Virus record (IMG/VR): IMGVR_UViG_3300033233_000001
Span: 1-64,000 of that record
Direction: 5' to 3' (one strand)
DNA length: 64,000 bases
The translations under genes were made by a program, and so were the position numbers. Positions within the stretch are counted from its first letter, which is position 1. Every line of letters starts with the position of its first letter. Positions 1-10,336 of the stretch are shown here, one piece after another. The notes under the pieces were generated by a model. It saw nothing but the letters and a program-made list of their open reading frames with translations, searched no databases and was not told the DNA's origin.

Positions 1-18
1 CTCTTTCCCTACAGACGG

Positions 19-3000
19 ATGCTGCCGACGGCTATTTCCACTCAGGCGGTATTCGATCTCAGTGCCTCGGACGGCGAAACGGACCCAAAAGGAGTGGGCG
101 TCCGTCGGACCGAATTTGGGGTCGCACTCGAAAATGAGCACGACGGACGCCCACTCATTTCCGTAGAAACCTCACATGTTTCGGACGAGCGGCCGGCGTC
201 TAGTGGCACAACGCAGAGAGAAAGCTCACTGATTTCGGACGACTGGATGATTTCGTCGGCGCTCGGCCCGGCGTCGGTAGCTGTCGGCGATGTCCCGGAC
301 ATGTCTGGGCTACTGGACATGTCTGGGCTACTGGATCGGGTTGACCTTGAGGTCGGTCTTGGGCGAGCGAAACAGATCGCCAGCGACGGATATCGCTCGC
401 TCGCAGGACGATCCGGATGGAAACCGCTCGACGTCGTCGTCGCTGAGGTCGAAGCCGAACTGGCGGCAGCCAAGACCGAGGACGACATCATCGAGGGGAT
501 GAGCGGAGAAGGGGCTCGTCTTGCCGCGCTCCGGCAGCGGGCCGCTCTTCCGATCCCGACCCGAGACCCCCAGGACTGGGCCACGACCGCACGCCTCGTT
601 GCGGAGGAAACACGGCAACTCGTTGAACGCTACCGAAACGAGCGCGGAAAGCTCGCTCTGCTCTGTCCAAGCCCATCGGTCGGAAAAACATTCGCGATGG
701 TTGCAGCCGCCTGCGACGAACAGAGGTCCGGTCGACGCGTGGGCTACGCGGTTTTGTCCAGAGCGATGCTCGCCGAAACCGAGGCGCGTATCCGCGCCGC
801 AAACACCAAAGTCCATCTCTACGTGATCGAGGGTCGACATGAGGGGAATTGCTCAGAATTTGAGTCGGTCCAGATCGCGGAGAAGCTCGGCTATTTTCCC
901 GGGACCAACGTCTGCCCAGAGTGTCCCAAGGTGCCGCCCAGGCCGTTTATCTTGAACGGCCGAAAGAACATGGCTCCCGTCTATGCGAAGCTAGACGCTG
1001 GCGGACTCTGCGAATACTACGCGTCTAGGGTGCGTGCCATTAGAGATGTCGGGAAAGCCGCTGCCACCCCCGCCATCCATCAATACCCGATCATCCTGAG
1101 CACCCATGCCGGGCTCATGATCGGCACCTCGCTCTTCAACCACTTCGGCAAAATGGTTCCGATGTGGGAACGAAATAATCAAGAGTTTTGGGAGTTTGAC
1201 ACGATCTTCGTCGACGAAGATCCGTCGAGCGCGGTCGAGACGGTCTCGACGGTCGACGAGCGGCAACTCACCTATGCGCCCATCGACGACGAGACAGGTC
1301 TGCCGACGTCAGACGCGTACACAGAGGCGACGAAGCTCTTCAAATTGGCCTTTAGGATCGCGGCTTCGGAGCGTGCCGCCGCACGAGCGGACGGCTTTCT
1401 TGACCAGGCAACCGATGCGCCGAGCCAGATCCACAAGCGCAAGCACGGAAGCGACTATGCCGGAGAAGACCTGCTGACCCTGCTAGAGCGCGCAGCGTTG
1501 ACGATGGGTTCGGTGGGGATCGAGACGATACTCGCCGCAGTCGGGTCCTACGTACAGCCAAGCCCAAAGACAACGAAGTCCGGCGAAGACGATGACGTGG
1601 AAGTCGTCGACGTTGCTCCTTGCCCACAGGGAGATCTGTTTTCGTCTGAAACGGCCGAACAGCCTAGGCAGAAGGCCACCAAGAAGAAAAAGACGGCCAA
1701 GAGGTCCAACAGCGGAGGAGAGTTCCTCAAGCGCCGCCTGACGCTAGAAACAGCAGCGAAGCTCTTTCCGCACAGGCACCTCCAGGCGATCTGTGCCCGA
1801 CTCCACGACGAGTATTGGGATCGACGTCAAGCGCACGCGGCCAAGCGGGCCGACATCGACCTGGCCTACCGCGTCTACCTCAGACTGGACACCGAGGAAG
1901 ACCCGAAAACAGGAGCCGAGGTCACCCATGGGTCTATTTCCGTACGGAGTTCCGTTACGTTCGGCGCCAAGAACGCCAACGTCGTCTGTGGCGACGCCTA
2001 CGGCGGCGTTGCGGACTACGAACGAATCTTTCAGAGATTTCTCCGCGACGGCAACGTCGACGTCATCAATCACCGGGCCAAGTGGCCGAAAACCTCGACT
2101 CTCATCCGAATCGCCGCGCGCTCTAGGGCATCCGATCTGTCGGTTCGCGGCGATTTCATCGGGCACTGCAACTGGCACATCCGCAGCATACTGGGACTCG
2201 AACCAGGTCGAAAAGTTCTTTTTTACGTCCACTTGGGGCTCAAGCCGTGGCTCGAAGAGTGGCTGGATCGCGAACCGCTCGCGGCTGCGCTCGACGGCTA
2301 CGCCATCGATCACTGGGGATCAGGGCGCGGCAAGGACATCTACCGCGACTTCGACTCCTTTATCGCGGTCAGCGAGTACATCCCGAACATCGGCGGGATG
2401 ATTCACGAGGCCAACGCACGGGTCGCTCCACTGACAATTTACGCTCCCAATCTGGAGCGCCATGTGACTCTAAGACCAAGAGTCAGAATCGCGCATGAAG
2501 GCTCCGGAAAGTCGTTCACGAACACGATCCAGGAAGGACCGTTGGGCTCGATCTTTCAGCGCACCGCGATTGACGAGCTAGCGCAGGCGGTACACCGCAT
2601 CCGGCCGGCGATGACGGGCACACGACCGAAGCGATGCTGGATCCTAGGCTTCCACGTACCGCTCTCAGACGAGCTTCTAGCCGCGACAAACGCGAGCGTA
2701 GTTCGCGAGCAGAACCGGGAGCACATCGCGACGGAGATGGGCATCGACCGCGACCGCGCTGCACGATTCCAAGCGGATCTTGGAGTCCTGGGGTTCGTGT
2801 CGCGCTACGAAGCGGCAGCGGCGATGGGCGAAGTCTACCGAACGCTCGGGTGTTGGAGCCCGATCTTCGCCCACGCACTTCTTGCTGTGCCAGAGTGCGG
2901 CGGCCTGAGCCGTGTCCTTGTCGAGGCGACCGAGGATCGAATCCTCGATGAGGAGGGCGAACCCCTAGAGAGATACTCTCAGGGGTTCGCCCCGTTCATC

Positions 3001-3267
3001 GACCTGGAACGGCGTCCGTTCGTGGATCGTGTTCTCGCGCCACCATCGGGCTGGTCCGCGATTGCGGACAGAGTCCGTCAGCACTCGCTGTATCGGGATG
3101 CGGTCGAACTCTTCCGGGAGTCGCTGCCGGATCCTGTCGATTCGGGCCGTGTCGTTCGTGACTGGATGCCGCGCGGCAGTCACGGGGTCACGTGCATCGG
3201 GAATCCCCTGCGCATGGAGCGCGTGATCGACTACTACGCGCCCGGCGCTACGCCGCCGCCGTTCTGA
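19..3267 (+). CDS. Large helicase-like (SF2-related) replication protein; may extend upstream of the window
   Basis: 1082 aa; Walker A SPSVGKT, STH motif, Walker B IFVDEDP, HWGSGRGKDIY and ELAQAVHRIRP motifs; Cys cluster; frame open back to base 1. Confidence 0.6.
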   Translation: MLPTAISTQAVFDLSASDGETDPKGVGVRRTEFGVALENEHDGRPLISVETSHVSDERPASSGTTQRESSLISDDWMISSALGPASVAVGDVPDMSGLLDMSGLLDRVDLEVGLGRAKQIASDGYRSLAGRSGWKPLDVVVAEVEAELAAAKTEDDIIEGMSGEGARLAALRQRAALPIPTRDPQDWATTARLVAEETRQLVERYRNERGKLALLCPSPSVGKTFAMVAAACDEQRSGRRVGYAVLSRAMLAETEARIRAANTKVHLYVIEGRHEGNCSEFESVQIAEKLGYFPGTNVCPECPKVPPRPFILNGRKNMAPVYAKLDAGGLCEYYASRVRAIRDVGKAAATPAIHQYPIILSTHAGLMIGTSLFNHFGKMVPMWERNNQEFWEFDTIFVDEDPSSAVETVSTVDERQLTYAPIDDETGLPTSDAYTEATKLFKLAFRIAASERAAARADGFLDQATDAPSQIHKRKHGSDYAGEDLLTLLERAALTMGSVGIETILAAVGSYVQPSPKTTKSGEDDDVEVVDVAPCPQGDLFSSETAEQPRQKATKKKKTAKRSNSGGEFLKRRLTLETAAKLFPHRHLQAICARLHDEYWDRRQAHAAKRADIDLAYRVYLRLDTEEDPKTGAEVTHGSISVRSSVTFGAKNANVVCGDAYGGVADYERIFQRFLRDGNVDVINHRAKWPKTSTLIRIAARSRASDLSVRGDFIGHCNWHIRSILGLEPGRKVLFYVHLGLKPWLEEWLDREPLAAALDGYAIDHWGSGRGKDIYRDFDSFIAVSEYIPNIGGMIHEANARVAPLTIYAPNLERHVTLRPRVRIAHEGSGKSFTNTIQEGPLGSIFQRTAIDELAQAVHRIRPAMTGTRPKRCWILGFHVPLSDELLAATNASVVREQNREHIATEMGIDRDRAARFQADLGVLGFVSRYEAAAAMGEVYRTLGCWSPIFAHALLAVPECGGLSRVLVEATEDRILDEEGEPLERYSQGFAPFIDLERRPFVDRVLAPPSGWSAIADRVRQHSLYRDAVELFRESLPDPVDSGRVVRDWMPRGSHGVTCIGNPLRMERVIDYYAPGATPPPF
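297..335 (+). repeat. 18-bp tandem duplication (DMSGLL x2)
   Basis: GGACATGTCTGGGCTACT at 297-314 and 315-332, plus GGA. Confidence 0.9.
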
Positions 3268-3279
3268 ATCGAGGTCCCG

Positions 3280-4038
3280 ATGCTTCCGAATCGTTCGTCG
3301 AATCGTTCGTCGCGCTTCCAGCGCAAACCAGCCGCCGAGCCGCCGCCTAAGGCCGTCTCGACCCTCGCGGTACCGGATGCCCTCCTCGAATGGGGACGCG
3401 ATCCGTCTCGCGTTGTCGGCTGGTCTCGCGATTGGGCCCAGGAGGTCGCGGAGCTTGCCGCCGCGTCCGCGGTCGCTCCACTGACCGAAAGTGCCACCCA
3501 GCGCTTCCTGGCTCGACTGGAAGCCCTTGTCGCGGAGGCCGTCGCCGCCGGCCGCTCGGACCTGCTCGTCGGGCTCGACATCCAGACCGCTGAATGGCTG
3601 GGACTCAAGTACAGCGCGACTGTAAACGGTCGGTCGGTCGAGTTCGGCAAGGGCGGCGACTTCGAGTGGTCAGAGGTCCGCGTGCTGACGGTCGCGTACC
3701 AGGACGCGGTCGAGGCGAAGCGACTTCAGGTGGAGAGCGACGTCCAGACCGAGGACGCATCGGTCGAGTCCGAGGAGCCGGACCCGGAGAAGCTCGGGCC
3801 GTCCGCGCTCAATGCGATGGACCTCGTGCGTGGCGTGTTCCCGTCGGCGAAGGTCGCGGCTGCGCATCCGACGCAGCCGCTCGCGTGTTGTGCTTGCGGT
3901 GACACGTCGGGGTCGGCTAGAGTCGAGGCGGATCTAGGGTCCCTGTACTGCTGGACGTGCTGGTCGCAGAAGACCGGGGCGTACGTGTTGAGCGCGCCGC
4001 TCAAGGGGCGCGTGCCCTCGAATCGAGGTCGATCGTGA
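3280..4038 (+). CDS. Hypothetical protein with C-terminal Zn-finger-like motif
   Basis: 252 aa; CCACG...CWTC; GTGA overlap with next gene. Confidence 0.7.
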   Translation: MLPNRSSNRSSRFQRKPAAEPPPKAVSTLAVPDALLEWGRDPSRVVGWSRDWAQEVAELAAASAVAPLTESATQRFLARLEALVAEAVAAGRSDLLVGLDIQTAEWLGLKYSATVNGRSVEFGKGGDFEWSEVRVLTVAYQDAVEAKRLQVESDVQTEDASVESEEPDPEKLGPSALNAMDLVRGVFPSAKVAAAHPTQPLACCACGDTSGSARVEADLGSLYCWTCWSQKTGAYVLSAPLKGRVPSNRGRS

Positions 4039-4736
4039 AGCCAGTTGTCGCCGCAGAGATGAGTCGGGTTTACCCGCGTATACGGGACAGTCTGATCCGC
4101 GCGTCGCAGGGGACGGCGGGAAACGCGCCGATCGACTTGGGTTCGACTGCGAACACGCTCGAAAACGGGACAATCGTTCGTGTGTCCGACTACGACGCGT
4201 TTCGGCCTGGTCAGCAGATCTACTTCTACTTGACGGTCTACAACGGCGCGACTCCGGTGAACCCGCAAGATCCGTACATCTCGCGCGTACGCCTGAAGCC
4301 GTGGTGGCTCCGCACCAGCGACGACTTCCGGGCTCCCGGTGGTCCGGTTCCGCCGCTCGGGGCTCCGACGTGGACCAGCAACGACCAGCTTCAGTTCGGC
4401 GGCGGTACGGACGTGAACAACCGCGCGTGCTGGTTCCCGCACCCGAAGATGATCGACGTCAGCGAGTGGCAGTCGGTGAACCCGCCGCCGGCCGCGCCGG
4501 CCCGGCATTCGGACTCGATCATCGTCGACGAGGTCTTCGCGCTCGACCTCCAGCCCCCGACCGACGCGGGGTACCAGGCGACCTTGCTTGCCGGACAGAC
4601 CCTTCTCGGCCGCAGCACGGTCTTCCAGCTGCTTTCGCACGGCTGGGCGCTAGGGTTCACGCACCAATTCGACGTGGTCGGGCAGCCGGGGCCGCATCTA
4701 CTGATCGACCTGACCTGGCAGACCGGGACCCTCTAA
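4035..4736 (+). CDS. Putative virion structural protein
   Basis: GTG start overlapping the upstream stop; beta-rich composition; heads the tail gene block. Confidence 0.55.
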   Translation: MKPVVAAEMSRVYPRIRDSLIRASQGTAGNAPIDLGSTANTLENGTIVRVSDYDAFRPGQQIYFYLTVYNGATPVNPQDPYISRVRLKPWWLRTSDDFRAPGGPVPPLGAPTWTSNDQLQFGGGTDVNNRACWFPHPKMIDVSEWQSVNPPPAAPARHSDSIIVDEVFALDLQPPTDAGYQATLLAGQTLLGRSTVFQLLSHGWALGFTHQFDVVGQPGPHLLIDLTWQTGTL

Positions 4737-4889
4737 GGTCGGGCTTGCGTCGAGATCCTCTCGCGTGCGAGACTGCGTCCGGGCGTCTCGGGCGCGGTTG
4801 AATATGCCGATGTCCTGCGCCAGCACTAACCGTGAGCCCGCTCTGCTCGGTCGTCGACCGAAGCGGCTGCGTGCGTCGAGGGCTAGGTA

Positions 4890-6371
4890 GTGCCGGCTCG
4901 CCCCGAAGTACACTTTCCTCTGACGAGCGCGACGGGCACGGCGCCGTTGCCTGGTGGCGACCATTTCGCGCCGCGCTACTTGATCGGGAACATTCCTGCG
5001 GGCGATCCGGCTGTCGCTCAGGCGGGCGCATTCCGGTACATTCCAGATCCTGGTGACGGCACTGGTGTCCAGACGGCATTGGCCGAAGCGGCTGTGACCC
5101 TCGGCGATCTCTGGATTCGACCTGGCAGTTGGACATGGACTGTCGGCCCCCTCTCCATTCCGGCTGGTGTTCGTGTCTACTGTGCTGGCAAGGGAGCGAC
5201 GACGTTCAACGCTCCGGCGGCTGGCGACCAGGGGATGTTCATTCTCGGCTCGCAGTCGGAACTGCACGATTGTACCGTGCTCGTCCCCGTCGGCGCCGAT
5301 GCGGGGATCTCGCTTGCGCCGGTGATCGTCCGCGGTCGCGACACTCTGCTTCGGCGCATTGGCGTCCAGATCGCACCGTCCGCGACCAACGTGCTGCGCT
5401 CGTGCGTGAGGTACGAGTCCGCTGGCGATCCGACCGGCACCGAGGCTGGGTATATCGAGGACATCCAGCTTGTGTCGCAGACGCAGCGCAACACGCTTGC
5501 AGACCCGATTACTTTGCTGCACACGGCGACCACGGCCTCACCTGCCAGCGTTGAGGTGTACGGCGGCGGCGTGCGGTGCGAGGGCGGTGACATCTCGATT
5601 CGGGCAGCGGCAGATGTCGGGGTCGTCGATCTGAACCAGTGCGTGCTCAACAGCTGGAAGCTGCGCGGCGCGCTTTGTTCGGGGGCCGCGTCTACGGCTC
5701 CCACTCTGCGTCTCGATGACGTCGACATGCAGTCCGACCCGGCGCCGAACGCGGCTGCGATCGGGATCGACATCGTCAGCGACAGCGACAACACGGACCT
5801 GCGTCGGATTCGCCTGGTCGCACTCGGTACGTGTGCGACGGGCGTGCGGTTCGCTGCGTCGACCGGCGGGCTCGTGGCTCGTCCGGTCCTCGACAACGTT
5901 GCGGTGTCGGGGGTATGGACGACCGCCTATATTTCCTTCGTCGCGTCCCCAACCAGGCGCATCGACGTCGTGAACTGCCGCGTGATGATGTCAGCGACTG
6001 GCGTTGCATCGATTGGAATCGACCTTGGGGTCAACTATCGAGTGGCGCGCGTCCTCAACAACGACGTGTTCATGTCGACAGGCGGCGCCGGCTCAATCGG
6101 CATCCGCACGCAAGCGAACGCGGAACGTACGACCATCGAGGCAAATCATGTGTCGGGTTTGACGGGAACAACGGCGATCCAAGCTGGCGCAGCCACTACG
6201 ATCGTAAGCGGCAACGAGATCGCTACAGCAGGAACCGGCGTAGGCATCGATCTGACGAACTGCAACAACGGCATGGTCATTGGCAACGTCATCGACACCG
6301 GCGGAACGCCACTGAACGGGATCATCAACGCTCCGGTCACGTGCGAAGTCGCGCACAACGTGGTCATCTGA
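4890..6371 (+). CDS. Right-handed beta-helix (pectate-lyase-like) tailspike/depolymerase
   Basis: 493 aa; VQTALAEAA...GDLWIRPGSW...V.vyCAGKGAT start of beta-helix; repeated I.GN.I ladders. Confidence 0.7.
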   Translation: MPARPEVHFPLTSATGTAPLPGGDHFAPRYLIGNIPAGDPAVAQAGAFRYIPDPGDGTGVQTALAEAAVTLGDLWIRPGSWTWTVGPLSIPAGVRVYCAGKGATTFNAPAAGDQGMFILGSQSELHDCTVLVPVGADAGISLAPVIVRGRDTLLRRIGVQIAPSATNVLRSCVRYESAGDPTGTEAGYIEDIQLVSQTQRNTLADPITLLHTATTASPASVEVYGGGVRCEGGDISIRAAADVGVVDLNQCVLNSWKLRGALCSGAASTAPTLRLDDVDMQSDPAPNAAAIGIDIVSDSDNTDLRRIRLVALGTCATGVRFAASTGGLVARPVLDNVAVSGVWTTAYISFVASPTRRIDVVNCRVMMSATGVASIGIDLGVNYRVARVLNNDVFMSTGGAGSIGIRTQANAERTTIEANHVSGLTGTTAIQAGAATTIVSGNEIATAGTGVGIDLTNCNNGMVIGNVIDTGGTPLNGIINAPVTCEVAHNVVI

Positions 6372-6374
6372 ATC

Positions 6375-7697
6375 ATGGCGAATCGAAGCCCAATCTACAC
6401 GGTGGATTTTGCAGTTGCGCCTGACTCGCCGCAGGCGCTTGAGGGTCACCAGTTCTGGGGTCGATTTCCGTACGACGCTGGAGCCGTGAACACGGGCTCG
6501 TCGACCGGCGCGCGTCAGCTACCGAACGAAAAGGGAAATGCGCTGGCGAACCCGACGTTCGCGAGGCTTCAGGTCGGCGACTACGCTTGTACGAGCGACG
6601 CGACGCTGACAAACATCGGCTTCTATCAGTGCCGATCTGTCGGGACGGCTGGTGGTGCCGACGCTGTGTGGTGGCGTCTGGACGGTGTTAGGGAACAGTT
6701 TTTTGCTACGTCTACTTCGACGACCTTCACCGTCCCGGCGAACATCACGCAGGTGGATGTTTACCTTAGGCCAGGATCTGGCGGTGGCTCATCCGGCGCC
6801 GGTGGCGGCGCTGGCTTCGGGGGTGCGCCTGGCGGTGGCGGAGGCGGCGGCAAGGGCGGCGGTGCCGGTGGCGCGTGTTCGTTGCAAGGTCCATTTGGGA
6901 TCTCCACTACACCCGGAGAAGTGCTGACTCTAACGGTGGGAGCGGCTGGTACGGCGGGGGCGGCCGTGGCGGCGGGTGCCAATGGTCTTGCTGGCGGCGC
7001 TGGTGGCAACTCGGAGATCTTGCGCGGCGCAACGCGGTTGGTGCGGGCGGCTGAAGGTTCCAACATCGGTGGTGGTGCAGGTGCAGGCGCGGCGCTCGCC
7101 GGCACTGCGGGCACTGCGGGCGCAGTTGGTGTCGGCGGTACGACTGGCGCGGCCGGCGGCGTGGCCTGGCCTGGTGGTCCACTCAGCGGCGCGTCGTCCG
7201 CCGCGGTTACGGCCGGCGCCAACGGTGGCAACGGTGGCGCGGTCGCGGGCGGCGCGGGAGTGGCTGGCACCTCGATCAGCGCGGGCTCGCCGTTGACCTG
7301 GGGTATCAGCACGACCACGACGAACTCAACCGGCGGCGCTGCCGGTGCGACCGGCGGCACGAACGGCGGCGGCGGTGGCGGGGGCGCCGGTGGCTGCACA
7401 GGCAATGGCGACGAACGCGCGCTCTTTGGCCTCGCAATCCCCGCGCAGTCAGGCGCCGGTTCCGGCAAGGGCGCTGACGGCGGCGCTGGCGGTGCGGGCG
7501 CGGGCGCCGGGACCGGCGTCACGGGCACCGGAGGCGGGACGGGCTCCACTGGTTCGGGCGGTCGTGGCGGCGGCGGCGGCGGTGGCGGCGGCGGCGGCGG
7601 GGCCGGCGCGACGGCTGGCGGCGCTGGCGGCGGCGGCGGCGCTGGCGGCGTAGGCGACACCGGGTTTATTGTCATCGTCTGGGTGGGGACGACATGA
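6375..7697 (+). CDS. Glycine-rich tail fibre protein
   Basis: TFTVPANITQVDVYLRPGSGGG and GEVLTLTVGAAG motifs, long G/A tracts, ends GDTGFIVIVW. Confidence 0.8.
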   Translation: MANRSPIYTVDFAVAPDSPQALEGHQFWGRFPYDAGAVNTGSSTGARQLPNEKGNALANPTFARLQVGDYACTSDATLTNIGFYQCRSVGTAGGADAVWWRLDGVREQFFATSTSTTFTVPANITQVDVYLRPGSGGGSSGAGGGAGFGGAPGGGGGGGKGGGAGGACSLQGPFGISTTPGEVLTLTVGAAGTAGAAVAAGANGLAGGAGGNSEILRGATRLVRAAEGSNIGGGAGAGAALAGTAGTAGAVGVGGTTGAAGGVAWPGGPLSGASSAAVTAGANGGNGGAVAGGAGVAGTSISAGSPLTWGISTTTTNSTGGAAGATGGTNGGGGGGGAGGCTGNGDERALFGLAIPAQSGAGSGKGADGGAGGAGAGAGTGVTGTGGGTGSTGSGGRGGGGGGGGGGGGAGATAGGAGGGGGAGGVGDTGFIVIVWVGTT

Positions 7698-8245
7698 GGT
7701 ACGCGCTGATCAAGGACGGGACCGTGGAGACCGTGGCGGAAGCCGCTTCGTCCGACGTGTTCGTGCCGCTGGCTGACGAGGACGGGCAGGTCCCGGAGCA
7801 CTACTACGACGAAGCCGTGTTGCTTGCCGAAGGGTTTCGGGTCGAGTGCGGGGATCGGTGGGACGGCAAGTCCTTCGGTCCGCCGGTGCTCACGATCTCC
7901 GTCGACGATGCGAAGCAGATGCAGTACGCGCGAATCGATCAGCGGACGCGCGGGCTCATCTCGATCGGCTTCGAGCACCGAGGGATGAGGTTCTCGCTGT
8001 CGACAGAAGCGCAGGCGAATCTTTCACGTCTGCATCAGTTCGCCGACACGCTTGTGAGTGTTCGCTATCCGACGATCGACAACAGCGCTGAGCTTGTGCT
8101 TGCCGATGCCGACGAGATTCGCGCGTTCGTGCTGGATGCGGTGAGCGTTGTCAGCGACGCACTCCGGTCTGGAGTGGAGCAGAAAGCGGCCGTTCGTGCG
8201 TACACGACCGCCGCTGAAGTGCTCGCGTTTGCCGATCTGAGATAG
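7694..8245 (+). CDS. Tail fibre assembly/chaperone-like protein (DUF4376-like C-terminus)
   Basis: MRYALIKDGTVE start, GDRWDG, IRAYTTAAEV-type end; ATGA overlap with the fibre gene. Confidence 0.65.
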   Translation: MRYALIKDGTVETVAEAASSDVFVPLADEDGQVPEHYYDEAVLLAEGFRVECGDRWDGKSFGPPVLTISVDDAKQMQYARIDQRTRGLISIGFEHRGMRFSLSTEAQANLSRLHQFADTLVSVRYPTIDNSAELVLADADEIRAFVLDAVSVVSDALRSGVEQKAAVRAYTTAAEVLAFADLR

Positions 8246-8247
8246 GC

Positions 8248-9384
8248 ATGCCGCGCAGGTTCGGCAACCCGCATCAGCCGGTGACGTTCCCGGCCACGCC
8301 GCTGCTCGGCGGGCCGTTGCGGGCGGGCGCGACTCTCGTCATCGATCCCGCGGTCGACGGAACGCTTACTCGTGTTACGCAGAAGTCGGCGCGCCTTTGG
8401 ACTGACGATCATCTGATCACGCTCGCCGCTCCCGACGTCCGGGTTATCGAGGACTGGGGCGATGGTATCGGCGCGAGGCTGTTCCTGTCGTCGATCTACT
8501 CGGGCATCATGCGCGGGAGCGAGGGCGGCTCTGGCTGGGTAGGCGCGCCGTTGACGGTCGTGCCGGGGCAGGCTCCGAACGCGTCGCGTTCTGGATATAC
8601 GCAGGCAAGCGGTCAGGCGCGACGAGCCCTGGAGATCGCGACCGGGCGAACATGCGCTACCGTCTACTACCGTCAGGACGGTGCAAGTCCGAGTGCGAAC
8701 TGCTCGCTTTTGCTCGTGGACGCGGCTACTCACGCTGAGCTAGCGCGAGTGGACATGGTGGCCGACGCGTACTGGCGACGTGCGTTCGTCCAGGCGCTGG
8801 CGACAGCACAGCCAGCAGTCGCGTTGGAGACAGACCGTTCTGTGCAGTGGGCGCTGCCTTGGGCAACGTATCGGTCGGATCAGCTTGTTGGCTGGCCCGG
8901 GCCCTGGGCGCCGCAGTCGAGTAGCGTTCAGTATCTCACGTGTTATCCGGATATGTGGCTCCATCCTGCAATTCCTGAGGCGATACGGCATGGTCCGTTT
9001 GGCTTCTGGGTCAGCTTTGACTGGACCGGACCGCTTCACGACGACACCGACTTCGTCTCGATGGGGATCTTGAATACGATGGTCAGTCGGTGGTCCAACG
9101 GCGTGAATCCGTCGTTCTTCGGCATCAGAGCTAACTCTGCGTCGGTATACAAGGTGCGGATCGACGGGTGGCAGCCTGTTCGCCACGAGCCGTGTTGGAT
9201 TGAGGCGTATCCGGACGCGGGAACCCTATCTGTCAACAGCCCAAGTCAGGGCGTGTTGTCGGCGACTGGGACGCCATGGCTGTGGCCGACCGGTCAGTGG
9301 CAACTCGGAGCACGACTCAACGACTCCGTGGGGGTCGGAGCCCACGGTGCCGACGCACGCTTTGGGCCGATCTACACGTGGTGA
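8248..9384 (+). CDS. Putative tail/receptor-binding protein
   Basis: 378 aa, Trp-rich and beta-type; follows the fibre chaperone. Confidence 0.5.
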   Translation: MPRRFGNPHQPVTFPATPLLGGPLRAGATLVIDPAVDGTLTRVTQKSARLWTDDHLITLAAPDVRVIEDWGDGIGARLFLSSIYSGIMRGSEGGSGWVGAPLTVVPGQAPNASRSGYTQASGQARRALEIATGRTCATVYYRQDGASPSANCSLLLVDAATHAELARVDMVADAYWRRAFVQALATAQPAVALETDRSVQWALPWATYRSDQLVGWPGPWAPQSSSVQYLTCYPDMWLHPAIPEAIRHGPFGFWVSFDWTGPLHDDTDFVSMGILNTMVSRWSNGVNPSFFGIRANSASVYKVRIDGWQPVRHEPCWIEAYPDAGTLSVNSPSQGVLSATGTPWLWPTGQWQLGARLNDSVGVGAHGADARFGPIYTW

Positions 9385-9424
9385 ACGGCACGGTCTTCGC
9401 GGTAGCAAGCTACGGGCCACGGGG

Positions 9425-9439
9425 AGCTTGCGACACACT
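9425..9439 (-). promoter_or_regulatory. Conserved 15-bp intergenic motif AGTGTGTCGNAAGCT, copy 1
   Basis: + strand AGCTTGCGACACACT; same motif at 15077, 24031, 29910. Confidence 0.6.
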
Positions 9440-9491
9440 TTTTGTGGTCGGCACTTGCGCTGAACGCGCGGCTCGTCTAAGACGGGCGGCT

Positions 9492-10256
9492 ATGCGAAAT
9501 GCAACGATGGGTACCGGTCTGCTCCTCTCCATCATGTCGCTCGTGCTCTGCGCGGCCGGCATGCTGGAAGCGCAGGACGGCGAGGCAGGGGCACATCAGG
9601 CGGAGGATTCGGCGGTAGCAGTGGCAGCGGGAACGATCTCGGTCGACATGGGCTCGCAGCACGAGGGCGTGATGGAAGGCACAGGGGCGGAAGCTCCGGT
9701 AGCCGCGGAAGCTCTGGTAGCCAGTGCGCCTCGTCGACTTCCTGGCGTGACTCGTGATGATGCGTTGCTGGAGGCGAGGGCGTGTGCCCACGAAAGCACC
9801 TTCCGCGGCGGACGTGGCGGGACCTTCGATTGCGGAGCGCAAACACAAGTCATCCAGACACGTCGACGCGAGGGCGAGACCTTCTCTCACGCTCTTCTTC
9901 GTACGATGCCGCGGTTCGCGGCGCACACGACGTCGCGGGCTTGGGTGCACGCGTTGCCTGCTGGCCCTCTGCATGACGATCCTCCTGGCTGGCCATACGA
10001 GTATCCGGCGCGACATGACTCGGACGCCTGGCACTCGGTCTATCTGCGCGTGAGCGATTTCATGCTCGGCCGCGAGCCGCTGCCGTGCGCTGCGCCGCCG
10101 GAGCACTGGTTCGGCCGTCGTGCAGATCACGACCAACTCGCGGCGCGCCTCGCCTCTGGCCGTTGGGTCGAGGCCGATTGCAACCCCGGCGGCGCGCCAC
10201 AAACGCAGACGCTGAACGCGTATCTGACGCGCGTGAGCGCCCCGGTCTCGCCGTGA
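9492..10256 (+). CDS. Secreted/membrane protein, possible SleB-like cell-wall hydrolase
   Basis: N-terminal hydrophobic signal; DDALLEARACAHES resembles the hydrolase_2 D..LLAR.I..E motif. Confidence 0.4.
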   Translation: MRNATMGTGLLLSIMSLVLCAAGMLEAQDGEAGAHQAEDSAVAVAAGTISVDMGSQHEGVMEGTGAEAPVAAEALVASAPRRLPGVTRDDALLEARACAHESTFRGGRGGTFDCGAQTQVIQTRRREGETFSHALLRTMPRFAAHTTSRAWVHALPAGPLHDDPPGWPYEYPARHDSDAWHSVYLRVSDFMLGREPLPCAAPPEHWFGRRADHDQLAARLASGRWVEADCNPGGAPQTQTLNAYLTRVSAPVSP

Positions 10257-10336
10257 AGAAGGCCAGAGCACTGTCGAAGCCGCTTCCGAGGCCCTGGCCG
10301 GACGACATCGAGGTCGGCCAGGCAGTCTCGTTCGAC

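Noticed and set aside
6761-7978. Pro-rich 405-aa antisense ORF
   Set aside because: Mirror of the Gly-rich tail fibre codons
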